A stretch of 64,000 nt of DNA from a virus. Below, in pieces: positions 1-9,329 of the stretch. The stretch covers positions 1 through 64,000 of the IMG/VR virus record IMGVR_UViG_3300027795_000039. One strand, given 5' to 3'. The position numbers were made by a program, and so were the translations under genes. The notes under the pieces were generated by a model. It was not told where the DNA came from, ran no database searches, and was given only the letters and a program-made list of their open reading frames with translations. Numbering within the stretch: position 1 is the first letter of the stretch; each line of letters opens with the position of its first letter.

Positions 1-621
1 ATGATTAAGAAATTCATCATTGCCGCGGCTGCAGCCGCATCTCTCGGTGCAATTGCATTTACCGCTCCCGCTGCAAGCGCTGCCACAACCACACCAGTAG
101 CCGCCAAACCGCTGCCGGTAATCGAGCGTTTGTCTACGATTACCACCAGTGCAACGTGTGGTGCAGTCATCGGTGGCGACAGCGGTGGTCCTGGCCCGTG
201 CAAGATGACCATCAACGCCAGCACGGTACCGTATATCACACTCGAGATTACCGGCCCACGCTTGTCACCTGGCTACTACATCGATGTCCTCGGAAACGGC
301 CGAGCGCTTACCCGCGGTTACCTCGCAGAAGGCCGGGTCATCAAGGTTACCGTACCACGTGGTACGCGGACGCTGCAGGTGGTGACGAATCGGCAGCGTG
401 TTACCTACCGGACGACGATGAGGATCACTTACGAGTCGGTATTTACCGAGCCAGTACACCGTGTCGCAACAGTGGTATGCTTGCCGAAGACACCATCTGG
501 TACGTGTTATACCCCAGGCGAGTTCTGCTCGACGGTGCAACACGAGGTGACTGGGAAAGACGCGCAAGGCGTAGCCATTAAGTGCGTGGATAACGATGGC
601 TGGCGCTGGGAAGCTGTCTAA
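1..621 (+). CDS. Secreted protein with C-terminal Cys-rich domain
   Basis: Signal peptide (MIKKFIIAAAAAASLGAIAFTAPAASA); C-terminal CLPKTPSGTCYTPGEFC...CVDNDGWRWE shared with the next gene. Confidence 0.7.
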   Translation: MIKKFIIAAAAAASLGAIAFTAPAASAATTTPVAAKPLPVIERLSTITTSATCGAVIGGDSGGPGPCKMTINASTVPYITLEITGPRLSPGYYIDVLGNGRALTRGYLAEGRVIKVTVPRGTRTLQVVTNRQRVTYRTTMRITYESVFTEPVHRVATVVCLPKTPSGTCYTPGEFCSTVQHEVTGKDAQGVAIKCVDNDGWRWEAV

Positions 622-668
622 GTCATAACACCACGTACCACTTACGCTTACTAAACACGAGGAGTATC

Positions 669-1037
669 ATGGTCAAGAAGATAGTTATCGCTACCGCATT
701 TGCCTCAGTCGCAGTCCTGGCAGGGTGTGGTAGCACAAGCAGTAGTAGTACCCCTGCATCACATCCTTCCTCACCGAAGGCGGCTACCTCATCACCTTCA
801 TCAGCAAGCACCACGATGGAGCCGACAACCAAGCCGATGACACCATCGGAATCAGCTTCCAAGATGGCACTCGCGGACTGTCACCCGTACACTACGAAAG
901 GAACTTGCTACACCGTGGGCGAGCAATGCCCGAAAGCTGACTACGGTGACGGTGGTGCAACTGCAGCCGGCATCGTTATCACATGTGAAAGCGTTAAAGG
1001 CGTGTGGCGCTGGGAAACGGCACCGAGTGGAAAATAG
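669..1037 (+). CDS. Lipoprotein with Ser/Thr linker and Cys-rich domain (paralog of 1..621 C-terminus)
   Basis: Lipobox VLAGC; CHPYTTKGTCYTVGEQC...CESVKGVWRWE; AGGAG RBS. Confidence 0.75.
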   Translation: MVKKIVIATAFASVAVLAGCGSTSSSSTPASHPSSPKAATSSPSSASTTMEPTTKPMTPSESASKMALADCHPYTTKGTCYTVGEQCPKADYGDGGATAAGIVITCESVKGVWRWETAPSGK

Positions 1038-1386
1038 AGTAATTACTGCAATTAACGCTGATGAATCAGTTACAGCACTAGTAAATACCCCACTAGGTAA
1101 GATCATATCACAGATTCAAAATAATCAATCAACTACACCAGACGATGCTAGTATCGGTAGCTATAATTCATTTAGCGCTGATATTACCAGTTATCCAGTT
1201 GACTACGTGAGAAGTGGAACTAAACAGATGAATAACACCGTTATAGCTGAACTAGCGGCAAAGACTACTGGCACTCCACTAGGAAAGATTACAGCTCAGA
1301 TTCAATCGGATACCATGGATCCATCACTAGACTACGAGGTCAACTCGAGTTTCACCAGCTACAACGGTTTCAATAATAACAGGTGA
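1027..1386 (+). CDS. Tandem RiPP (triceptide/FxSxx-like) precursor peptide(s)
   Basis: Two similar units (TPLGKIISQIQ...YNSFSADI and TPLGKITAQIQ...FTSYNGFNNNR); GTG at 1027 and internal in-frame ATG at 1228; directly upstream of an FxsB-like rSAM. Confidence 0.65.
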   Translation: MENRVITAINADESVTALVNTPLGKIISQIQNNQSTTPDDASIGSYNSFSADITSYPVDYVRSGTKQMNNTVIAELAAKTTGTPLGKITAQIQSDTMDPSLDYEVNSSFTSYNGFNNNR

Positions 1387-1387
1387 T

Positions 1388-2509
1388 GTGATCGTGTTCA
1401 CTGAGATGATCCTTAAGATCGCTAGCAGGTGTGATCTAGCATGTGATTACTGTTACATGTATGAACTCGGTGATAATGGCTGGCGACAACAACCTCGTTT
1501 TATGTCACCGGCTGTGATACATGCTGCTGCTTCAATCGCAGGCGATCATGTTAGTAAACATGACCTAAGTTACTTCCGTATTATCTTGCACGGCGGTGAG
1601 CCGTTGCTTGCTGGTACTGATACGATCAACGCCATCGTGAACGAATTTTATTCGTGTATGCCTGTGGGGGTTAAACTGCAGTTTGGCATGCAATCAAATG
1701 GTGATCTGCTAACCGAAGAAATTATGGCAAAACTACCGTATGAACTTCGGATCGGAATCAGTATCGATGGTGATCAACAAGCTACTACCCGGCACCGGCG
1801 ACGCGTTAACAATACCGATACACATCATGATGTGGTTCGTGCGCTGTCACTACTTCAATCGCATAGAGAGCAGTATGGCGGAACACTTTCTGTTATTGAC
1901 CTGCTCAACGATCCAACCGTAACATATAACGCGATACGAGAACACACACCACCAGTCGCAGATTTTCTGCTACCGCTAGCGACACATGATACGCCACCAC
2001 CGTACCACAAAGAAAACGATGTAAGCTACGGAAAATGGCTCGCAACATTGTTTGATGCGTGGTACCTAGATAAGGATCCACGAGCACCAATCGTCCGAGT
2101 ACTTACGTTGATCGTTGAGCGACTGCTGGGTCAGGATCGCCGGTCTGGTTTTATTGGACCACCGCCGAGGACTGATTCACTTGTGGTTCAAACCGACGGC
2201 TCAGTTGAGTTGCTTGACGCACTACGTGTTACTGGCGATGGTCAAGTACTGACTAACCTAAGTGTACTGGAAAATACACTAGATGAAGTTTCTCAGCATC
2301 CTGGTTATACTCCACCTGAACCATGTGACACGTGTAAGGTGTGCCCGGTGTTTGAGGTATGTGGTGGTGGTTACTACCCACACCGGTTTTCAACCGTAAA
2401 CGGCTACGATAATCCATCCGTGTACTGCGGTGACCTCATGTACTTGATTCGCCACATCGAATCACGGTTGACTGAGTTGACTGTTACTGTTGACTTACAC
2501 ATGGTATAA
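1388..2509 (+). CDS. FxsB-family cyclophane-forming radical SAM/SPASM peptide maturase
   Basis: ILKIASRCDLACDYCYMYE (CxxxCxxC), LHGGEPLL, C-terminal SPASM CDTCKVCPVFEVCGGGYYPHRF...NPSVYCGDL. Confidence 0.85.
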   Translation: MIVFTEMILKIASRCDLACDYCYMYELGDNGWRQQPRFMSPAVIHAAASIAGDHVSKHDLSYFRIILHGGEPLLAGTDTINAIVNEFYSCMPVGVKLQFGMQSNGDLLTEEIMAKLPYELRIGISIDGDQQATTRHRRRVNNTDTHHDVVRALSLLQSHREQYGGTLSVIDLLNDPTVTYNAIREHTPPVADFLLPLATHDTPPPYHKENDVSYGKWLATLFDAWYLDKDPRAPIVRVLTLIVERLLGQDRRSGFIGPPPRTDSLVVQTDGSVELLDALRVTGDGQVLTNLSVLENTLDEVSQHPGYTPPEPCDTCKVCPVFEVCGGGYYPHRFSTVNGYDNPSVYCGDLMYLIRHIESRLTELTVTVDLHMV

Positions 2510-2549
2510 TTAGTAATAGCAGGAAAAGTTCGAGAGAAGGAAGAGGAAA

Positions 2550-2783
2550 ATGGGCGTACGAGTGGGTGCAGAAGAGCACGTCGGACCATTCTGGATCAGC
2601 GCAAGTACCCGCGTTGGAAAACACCGGCGTAATACTAGGCACAGCATGCACCTGGGATGGATCATCCTGGTTGCGGTACTTCTTACCGCGGTACACGCTG
2701 GCTGGATCGCGATCCTCCTGACTGGTATCGTAATGGCTGGCGTGCAGCACATCGTCTCGCGTCATCAATCGTCACGTAGGTGA
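2550..2783 (+). CDS. Small membrane protein
   Basis: Hydrophobic C-terminal half; follows TGGTATAAT promoter and purine-rich leader. Confidence 0.6.
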   Translation: MGVRVGAEEHVGPFWISASTRVGKHRRNTRHSMHLGWIILVAVLLTAVHAGWIAILLTGIVMAGVQHIVSRHQSSRR

Positions 2784-2931
2784 TCACGATGATCCATGTA
2801 ATTCTCGGAGTCATCGGGCTGATTTTCTCTTTGGTTAGCGTGTATTACTCATGGCAAGCTGACAGGTGGCTTCGTAAGGCAGAGAGAATAAGACAGAACC
2901 GAGCATGCGAGGCTGCTAAGCAGAAGCAGTC

Positions 2932-3552
2932 ATGACCATTAGTGTGGTAAGCTATGCTGCAATGGTTAAGGTAAGCGCAGAATCTGATCCGGCTGAGTAT
3001 GATGGTTACCCAAGGACACTAACCGTACTCCGTGTACTGGCTGATGCTGGTGACACCGGTATTCTTGCCCCAGATATCGCATACCGATTCAATAAACCAC
3101 TTAGCCAACAGCGACGAAACTCAGTTGTTAACCAAATCCTGATAAGGCATGGCATTCGTGGACACGCTTTCCGTGTTTCAGCGCGGTCATTCCGTTACCA
3201 CAACGTACAAACTTACCGGTGGTTTATCACTGATACCGGTAATAAATACCTGGAATCTGGTGGTTATCATGCTGCTATTGCAGATATCCGTAGAGATGCT
3301 GCAATAACAGCACAAGAACGTGAGCAACGGCTCATCAGACGACAGTTGGTTCTTAAAGCTGCACCAGCACTAGTAGCACAGCTACCACCAGGATGTAATA
3401 AATCTCGCGCTGAGCTAATCATAAAGTTGTACGACCAGGGACTGGTAATGGAAGAAATCGGCCAGCTGTTTGGCCTAACACGAGAACGCATTCGTCAGAT
3501 TAAACGGGACATTAATGTAAGACCATGTGCATGTTGGAACTGCATACCGTAA
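2932..3552 (+). CDS. DNA-binding protein with sigma-70 region 4-like HTH
   Basis: GLVMEEIGQLFGLTRERIRQI motif near the C-terminus. Confidence 0.7.
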   Translation: MTISVVSYAAMVKVSAESDPAEYDGYPRTLTVLRVLADAGDTGILAPDIAYRFNKPLSQQRRNSVVNQILIRHGIRGHAFRVSARSFRYHNVQTYRWFITDTGNKYLESGGYHAAIADIRRDAAITAQEREQRLIRRQLVLKAAPALVAQLPPGCNKSRAELIIKLYDQGLVMEEIGQLFGLTRERIRQIKRDINVRPCACWNCIP

Positions 3553-3563
3553 GGAATAATACC

Positions 3564-3704
3564 ATGGGAAACATCGGCAGGAAGCTTCGTGAAAATCCCA
3601 TCATCCTCGAACCATTCCCGGATGAAGTACCAGCGGAGCCAGTAATGCCAGCTGAGCCAGCTGTGGTACCTGATACCGAACCTGTACTCGTTCCAGCTAA
3701 GTAG
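3564..3704 (+). CDS. Small Pro/Glu-rich peptide (46 aa, not in ORF track)
   Basis: AAGGAA RBS, ATG 3564, MGNIGRKLRENPIILEPFPDEVPAEPVMPAEPAVVPDTEPVLVPAK*. Confidence 0.55.
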   Translation: MGNIGRKLRENPIILEPFPDEVPAEPVMPAEPAVVPDTEPVLVPAK

Positions 3705-3709
3705 TCACG

Positions 3710-4726
3710 GTGATCTGCCCACGCCACTTCATGAACCATTTGGTAACAGCTGAAGAGTATACCGTGAGTATGATCTTGAGAAGTGGTGACCTTCAACTCG
3801 AGATATTCGCGTTGTCATTGAACGCGTGGGTAAGATCGCAACTGGACTACGCAACACCAGCTGCATCATCAGCCTGTGATGTCGTGACACGACTACTTAA
3901 CCTACCAGACTGGCTACAACAACGAGCGATTAGCATTATCTACAACCAGGATCCAGTTAATGACATTGAAGATGATCTTCACAGCATCAACTACGAACAC
4001 CGGTCAACTGGTGCGTATGGATTTACTGAAGATGGTACACCAGCTAAGTATGACACAGCAGCTGGCAGTGTTATTGGTTACCGCCAATGGAAACTATACA
4101 ACGGTGTACTAAATGGTGCCTACGGTATCGCCTGGTCACCATGCACACGTTATGATGGACGGTACACAGCGAAGTGTCACTCAAAAGATTGCAAAAACGT
4201 ACCAAATGAAAATAATTGCGGTTGTGGTTTCTGGGCGTACTGGCTACCGAAAGACGTACAGACTAGCATGTACGACTATAAAATTGTTGGTGTCATCGAA
4301 GGTAGCGGTAAGGTAATCCTCGGTGAAAAAGGATTCCGGTCACAATATGCGGTAATTCGCGGGCTAGCACTTAATAACCTAAGAGAAAAAGAAGAACCAG
4401 AAATTTTCATGGGAATGCTAGCTCCATACCGAGTACCGGTGTATGATGATGTAAAATCACTTACCGCCGCAGTTGGTACTGATCCAGTATATTCACCTAC
4501 TGCAAGAATTACGAATGTTTTCAGCGCTGTAAGTAATGAACAGTTGAGATCTTACCACGCTATTATCCGTGAAATATCATTCATTATGAAATCGTGTAGT
4601 AAATCAGCTCGCATATTTTCAGATGAAATGCTTCATGATTACGGAAAACTTACCCAGGAAAGTGAATACGTCCAGCTGGTGCTATCAAACCGGCTACGAC
4701 AACCAGTTATCCCACAGGAAAGGTAA
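3710..4726 (+). CDS. Conserved actinobacterial/phage hypothetical protein
   Basis: GYRQW...C...CGCGFWAY...GVIEGSGKVILGEKGFRSQYA pattern; long ORF. Confidence 0.6.
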   Translation: MICPRHFMNHLVTAEEYTVSMILRSGDLQLEIFALSLNAWVRSQLDYATPAASSACDVVTRLLNLPDWLQQRAISIIYNQDPVNDIEDDLHSINYEHRSTGAYGFTEDGTPAKYDTAAGSVIGYRQWKLYNGVLNGAYGIAWSPCTRYDGRYTAKCHSKDCKNVPNENNCGCGFWAYWLPKDVQTSMYDYKIVGVIEGSGKVILGEKGFRSQYAVIRGLALNNLREKEEPEIFMGMLAPYRVPVYDDVKSLTAAVGTDPVYSPTARITNVFSAVSNEQLRSYHAIIREISFIMKSCSKSARIFSDEMLHDYGKLTQESEYVQLVLSNRLRQPVIPQER

Positions 4727-4735
4727 GAAATCATC

Positions 4736-5020
4736 ATGTATGGCCAAGGACACTACTTCTGCCAGCAATGCGGTCACGCGGTGTACGCGCGCCAAGGTGG
4801 ATGCCGTACCTGCCAGACACCGCTGGTAAACCTCATGCTCCTTGACACCGCGTTTGACCAAGGATTCGCATACCGCGATCAGATCAGCTTCGATCCATTC
4901 GACGGTAACTTCGCGTTCAACATCCCTGGTACCGATCTGGCTGTTGAGCCGGATGGACAACTCGATGTTGAAACACCGTGGGGTGACGTACCGCTCGATG
5001 ATGGTTTTAGCAACTGGTAG
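4736..5020 (+). CDS. Small Zn-finger protein
   Basis: CQQC...CRTC followed by acidic repeats. Confidence 0.6.
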   Translation: MYGQGHYFCQQCGHAVYARQGGCRTCQTPLVNLMLLDTAFDQGFAYRDQISFDPFDGNFAFNIPGTDLAVEPDGQLDVETPWGDVPLDDGFSNW

Positions 5021-5028
5021 ATAAAACC

Positions 5029-5057
5029 TGTACACCACGTTGGTGCTGTGGTATGAT
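5029..5057 (+). promoter_or_regulatory. Sigma-70-like promoter
   Basis: TGTACA-N17-(TG)TATGAT followed by CAGGAACAGGAA leader. Confidence 0.7.
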
Positions 5058-5097
5058 GTACTCGTAGGCAGGAACAGGAACGAGGAAGGCAACACAG

Positions 5098-5697
5098 ATG
5101 AACGCGTACACTAGCCACAGCACCACCACTCACCAGTACGCTACTGATGGTCAGATCAATTACCTGAAGGACCTGCTCGCTAAGAATGAGCTGTACGCCG
5201 GTGAGTATGACCGGCTGTGGAAGCTGCTTGCGGTCCACGAGCTGGACATCCGGACCCCAGGTGACGGTACTCGGATGTCGTTCGCCCAGGCCAGCGCTAG
5301 CATTGACTGGGTGAAGCGCCAGGTCGCTAAGATCAAGCAGGCTGCACCAGCTGAGGCACCCGAAGTCGTCAAGTTCGGTGTTTACCAGAAGGATGGTGAG
5401 GTTTACCTGGTTGTGCCGAACAAGGCTGGTGACCGGGTCTACGCGAAGCGGCTCGTGGAGTCCGAGCAAATCACCGAGGCTGGTGTTACCATTGATTTCA
5501 CCTGGGAGTACGCCCCGCGGATCGTCTGGAACCTGGCTGAGGCAGACCGGATGAACCTGGAAGACGCTAGCAAGCTGTCGATCCGGTACGGCAAGTGTCT
5601 TCGGTGTCATCGAACATTGAAGTCAGCTCACACGCTTCACACCGTCCAGGAAACTGGTATCATGATCGGGCCGGTCTGCCGTAAGTATTTTGCTTAG
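5098..5697 (+). CDS. Hypothetical protein with C-terminal DUF6011-like Zn motif
   Basis: CLRCHRTL...GIMIGPVC. Confidence 0.65.
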   Translation: MNAYTSHSTTTHQYATDGQINYLKDLLAKNELYAGEYDRLWKLLAVHELDIRTPGDGTRMSFAQASASIDWVKRQVAKIKQAAPAEAPEVVKFGVYQKDGEVYLVVPNKAGDRVYAKRLVESEQITEAGVTIDFTWEYAPRIVWNLAEADRMNLEDASKLSIRYGKCLRCHRTLKSAHTLHTVQETGIMIGPVCRKYFA

Positions 5698-5707
5698 AAT
5701 AGAAAAA

Positions 5708-5744
5708 GTGTCTGCCACTCCTGATGGGGAGGAGTGGCAGACAC
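5708..5744 (+). terminator. Stem-loop, probable terminator
   Basis: GTGTCTGCCACTCCT / AGGAGTGGCAGACAC perfect 15-bp inverted repeat right after a stop codon. Confidence 0.65.
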
Positions 5745-6062
5745 GACTGTGGAGGAATCATGGCTGATGCAACGTACCGGCTTTGTACCCGCGTTCGTAC
5801 CAATCCATTTTTGATGCTGGAGCTATCACCAGACGCAGCCATCACTACCGGACCGTGTTCACGGTGCGACGTGATGGTGTGGGTTGACGCGGCTCAGCCA
5901 ATTCCTGATGGTGTTCCAATTGAGATCATCCTGCTGTGTACTGAGTGTGCGCTCGACGACTCGCACATCAATCAAACACTTGAGCAGAACTTGATGACAG
6001 CTTATTTGAAAAAGCAGATACTCGGCCAGACACACGTTTGGGAAATCGATGATGGTAAGTAA
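5724..6062 (+). CDS. Hypothetical Cys-rich protein (likely start ATG 5760)
   Basis: GGAGG RBS before MADAT; CSRC and CTEC motifs. Confidence 0.5.
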   Translation: MGRSGRHDCGGIMADATYRLCTRVRTNPFLMLELSPDAAITTGPCSRCDVMVWVDAAQPIPDGVPIEIILLCTECALDDSHINQTLEQNLMTAYLKKQILGQTHVWEIDDGK

Positions 6063-6175
6063 ATATGAAGCTCTGTCGATACAAACGAACTAACGGTACT
6101 CGAGTGTATAAGCTGGTATGACAGGTTGGCACGTGATATACTGGTTCGTGACGACATATTGCCAGCGAGTCGCTA

Positions 6176-7414
6176 GTGCTTAATACACCTCAAAATGACA
6201 CTACATCTCGCCTCATACTTCACGGTAATCCACCGTTCGCCCCAACCGGCTACGGCAGCCAGATGGCTATCTGGCTGCCACGATTTGCTTCTCTCGGCTA
6301 CGAGGTAATAGTCAGCTCATTCAGTAACCTATCCGGTGCCCCACTAACCTGGGAAAACAAGTACCGGATCATGCCCGCAGGCCAGGATCCATTCGGCGCT
6401 GATGTCCTCGTAGCGCATTGCCGTGCCATGAAGGCAGATATGGCAATCACGATCATGGACTGCTGGCCGCTAAATGGTCCGATGCTGAAAGGCCTGCCAT
6501 TGGCGTGCTGGTGCCCAGTGGATACCGACAGGCTCAGCGATGGTGACCGGCGGTTCTTCGATGATTCCGGTGCCATCCCAATCGCCATGAGCCATCACGG
6601 TGAGCGGTTGCTGACCGAAGCTGGGTATAATCCGTTGTACGTGCCACACGGCATTGACACGAGTATATTCGCACCACCGGTTAACCGGGATGAAATCCGC
6701 GAAGCAGCAGGGCTCAGCGGTAAATTTGTCATCGGCATCAATGGGGCGAATAAAGATGCAGTCCGGAAAAGCTTTTTCCCCCAGTTTGAAGCATTTTCTC
6801 GGTTCCACAAAAAATATCCTGAGTCGATACTACTGGTTCACGCAATTACCGCGGGACCAAACGCACCTGACCTTCGCCGCATGGCAGAAGAATGCGGTAT
6901 CATCGATGCTATTAAATTCAGTGACCAGCTTCGCTACATGATGGGCATGTACGCGCCACCTGATGTGGCGGCTTGGTATGGGATGCTGGATGTTTTGTCG
7001 AATACCGCTATGGCAGAAGGATTCGGGCTGACACCTCTCGAAGCACTGGCGTGCGGGGTACCAACCGTCGTTACTGATTGCTCAGCCATGACCGAGCTAA
7101 GCCTTGGGCCGGAGTGGATGGTCACCGGTGAACCATTCTGGAATCCCACCCATTGCGCCCGGTGGATCACCCCGAGCATCGACCAGATCGCAACACGGTA
7201 CGATTATGCGTACCAGCTAAGTCATAATACCGAAGCGTGGGAGCACGTGAGTAAGCAAGCTCGAGAAAAAGCGCTTGACTACGACGCTGACGTGGTACTG
7301 GGGCGGCACTGGAAGCCGGCACTAGCGGAAATCACCGCTCGGTTGGATAAAAGGAAACCAGGATCGGTTATCCAGGCATCAGATGCGGTTAAGGCACTAG
7401 CGGTTAGCCGATGA
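6176..7414 (+). CDS. Glycosyltransferase family 4 (GT-B)
   Basis: PTGYGSQ N-terminus, VPHGID, EGFGLTPLEALACGVPTV. Confidence 0.9.
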   Translation: MLNTPQNDTTSRLILHGNPPFAPTGYGSQMAIWLPRFASLGYEVIVSSFSNLSGAPLTWENKYRIMPAGQDPFGADVLVAHCRAMKADMAITIMDCWPLNGPMLKGLPLACWCPVDTDRLSDGDRRFFDDSGAIPIAMSHHGERLLTEAGYNPLYVPHGIDTSIFAPPVNRDEIREAAGLSGKFVIGINGANKDAVRKSFFPQFEAFSRFHKKYPESILLVHAITAGPNAPDLRRMAEECGIIDAIKFSDQLRYMMGMYAPPDVAAWYGMLDVLSNTAMAEGFGLTPLEALACGVPTVVTDCSAMTELSLGPEWMVTGEPFWNPTHCARWITPSIDQIATRYDYAYQLSHNTEAWEHVSKQAREKALDYDADVVLGRHWKPALAEITARLDKRKPGSVIQASDAVKALAVSR

Positions 7415-8367
7415 AAGTAGCGATTACTGGTGCGGCTGGGTACATCGGTGGTTGGCTTATGGCTGAGCTGTCAGACCGTGGTCACGTTGTCTACGCCCAG
7501 GACCTAGTAAAACCAGATGGTCCGGCAAACTGGGCAACATTCCATACCTTCGACCTAGGAAGCCAGGAGCGTATCACCTGGCTTCGTACCACGGAACCTG
7601 AGGTTGTCATCCACCTCGCTGCCTTGTATGGCAGGGTCTGGGGTGAAGTTGACATGGTAAAAACAGCTGGCACCAATGCGGGACTAACGGGGATACTAGC
7701 CCGTGATGTAGAAACCCACGGTGCTCGGCTTATGTATATGTCATCGAGTGAGGTATACGGTAGTGCTGCTAGCACTGGAACCGTGTACCCGAATACTCGA
7801 CTTTACCCGGTTAACATGTATGGTTTGTCGAAGAAGTGGGGCGAAGAAGCCGCTCGGGTATACGCACCTCGCGGCCTCATGATCACCCGCCTTAACATGC
7901 CGTATGGTCCAGCGCGGTACCCACCACCGAATGGTGTGATACCACAGACGTCTGGTAAACCCGGAACACTCGGTTACAACGTACTTCACTCCATGGTCTG
8001 GGAAGCCGAGCACGGCTATGACCTGAAGGTTCATGCCGGTACCACTCGGTGCCTGACCTGGGTTGGTGATACGGTACGTGGCCTGGCTATGATCCTCGAA
8101 TCTGGTAAAACCGGAACCTGGAACGTGAACAGGAATGATGATCACCGGCCAGTAGCTGACCTGGCTCACCTGGTAGTGGACATCACCGGCAGCACATCTA
8201 AAATCAATGTCGAAGATCCACCAGATCGCGTTACTCTTCGCAAGTCACTGGATAATACCGAGCTACTCGAACTCGGCTGGCAGCCAACCGTCGACCTCGA
8301 AGAGGGTACCAAACGAGCGTGGGAGTACTTCCGTCAGTTTGACCGGTCTGGAGTGTGGTGCGGATGA
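7411..8367 (+). CDS. NAD-dependent epimerase/dehydratase
   Basis: GAAGYIG, SSSEVYG, YGLSK. Confidence 0.9.
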   Translation: MKVAITGAAGYIGGWLMAELSDRGHVVYAQDLVKPDGPANWATFHTFDLGSQERITWLRTTEPEVVIHLAALYGRVWGEVDMVKTAGTNAGLTGILARDVETHGARLMYMSSSEVYGSAASTGTVYPNTRLYPVNMYGLSKKWGEEAARVYAPRGLMITRLNMPYGPARYPPPNGVIPQTSGKPGTLGYNVLHSMVWEAEHGYDLKVHAGTTRCLTWVGDTVRGLAMILESGKTGTWNVNRNDDHRPVADLAHLVVDITGSTSKINVEDPPDRVTLRKSLDNTELLELGWQPTVDLEEGTKRAWEYFRQFDRSGVWCG

Positions 8368-9329
8368 ATCGGATCCTCGTCACCGGCGGTGCAGGGTTCA
8401 TTGGCAGCAACTTGGTGCGCCAGCTTGTTGTTGACGGTCACCAGGTTCGCGTCCTCGATAACATGTCTCGAGGTAAGCTACGACGCTTGGATGGCGTCAG
8501 CTGCGAGGTTACTAATGGCGACGTCCGAGACCAGAACACCGTTAATGCCGCCATGCACGGCTGTGATACGGTTATCCACCTCGCGTATCTGCAAGGTACC
8601 CAAACGTTCTACGCTGAACCACGCCAGGTGCTTGACGTGGCCATGCGTGGTATGCTCTCCGTGCTAAGTGCGTGTGAAGTAACTGGTACTAGTAACCTGC
8701 TTCTGGTGTCTTCATCTGAGGCATACCAGGTCGCGAGTGTTGTCCCCACACCTGAGAACATCCCGTTGACCGTTCCTGATGTACTGAACCCGCGTTACAG
8801 TTACGGTGGCGGTAAAATTGCCTGTGAACTTATGGCACTAGCGTGGGCGCGAACCGGCATCCTAGACCGTGTCATCATCGCTCGGCCACATAACATCTAC
8901 GGCCCTGACATGGGCCGTGAGCACGTTATCCCCGAATTCGCGCTGCGGATGCGTGACCTAGACGAGCAGCACATTCCTAATGAAGTTATTCCATTCCCCA
9001 TCCAAGGCACTGGTGAAGAAACTCGGTCATTCTGCTACATCACCGATTGCGTGAGTCAATTCACAACGCTTTTGGATAAAGTTACTGAACCAGCATCAGT
9101 TTACCACGTTGGTACCATGGATGAACGTACCATTGCGGATGTGGCACACGGGGTGGCTGAAGTATACGGTCGAGAGATTAAGATCCTGCCGGGTGCCTTG
9201 CCGAAGGGTTCACCACCACGTCGGCTACCGGATACCGCAAAAATTAGAGCAGCTGGCTGGACACAAGAGCCAGTTGGTTTTGCAGTTGGTTTGATAAAAA
9301 CCGTTCGCTGGTACCAACAACATGGGTAA
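8355..9329 (+). CDS. NAD-dependent epimerase/dehydratase
   Basis: GGAGFIG, SSSEAY, YGGGK, HNIYGP. Confidence 0.9.
   Translation: MVRMNRILVTGGAGFIGSNLVRQLVVDGHQVRVLDNMSRGKLRRLDGVSCEVTNGDVRDQNTVNAAMHGCDTVIHLAYLQGTQTFYAEPRQVLDVAMRGMLSVLSACEVTGTSNLLLVSSSEAYQVASVVPTPENIPLTVPDVLNPRYSYGGGKIACELMALAWARTGILDRVIIARPHNIYGPDMGREHVIPEFALRMRDLDEQHIPNEVIPFPIQGTGEETRSFCYITDCVSQFTTLLDKVTEPASVYHVGTMDERTIADVAHGVAEVYGREIKILPGALPKGSPPRRLPDTAKIRAAGWTQEPVGFAVGLIKTVRWYQQHG

Noticed and set aside
4879-5610. 243-aa minus-strand ORF
   Set aside because: Antisense to better-supported plus-strand genes that have a promoter and RBS.
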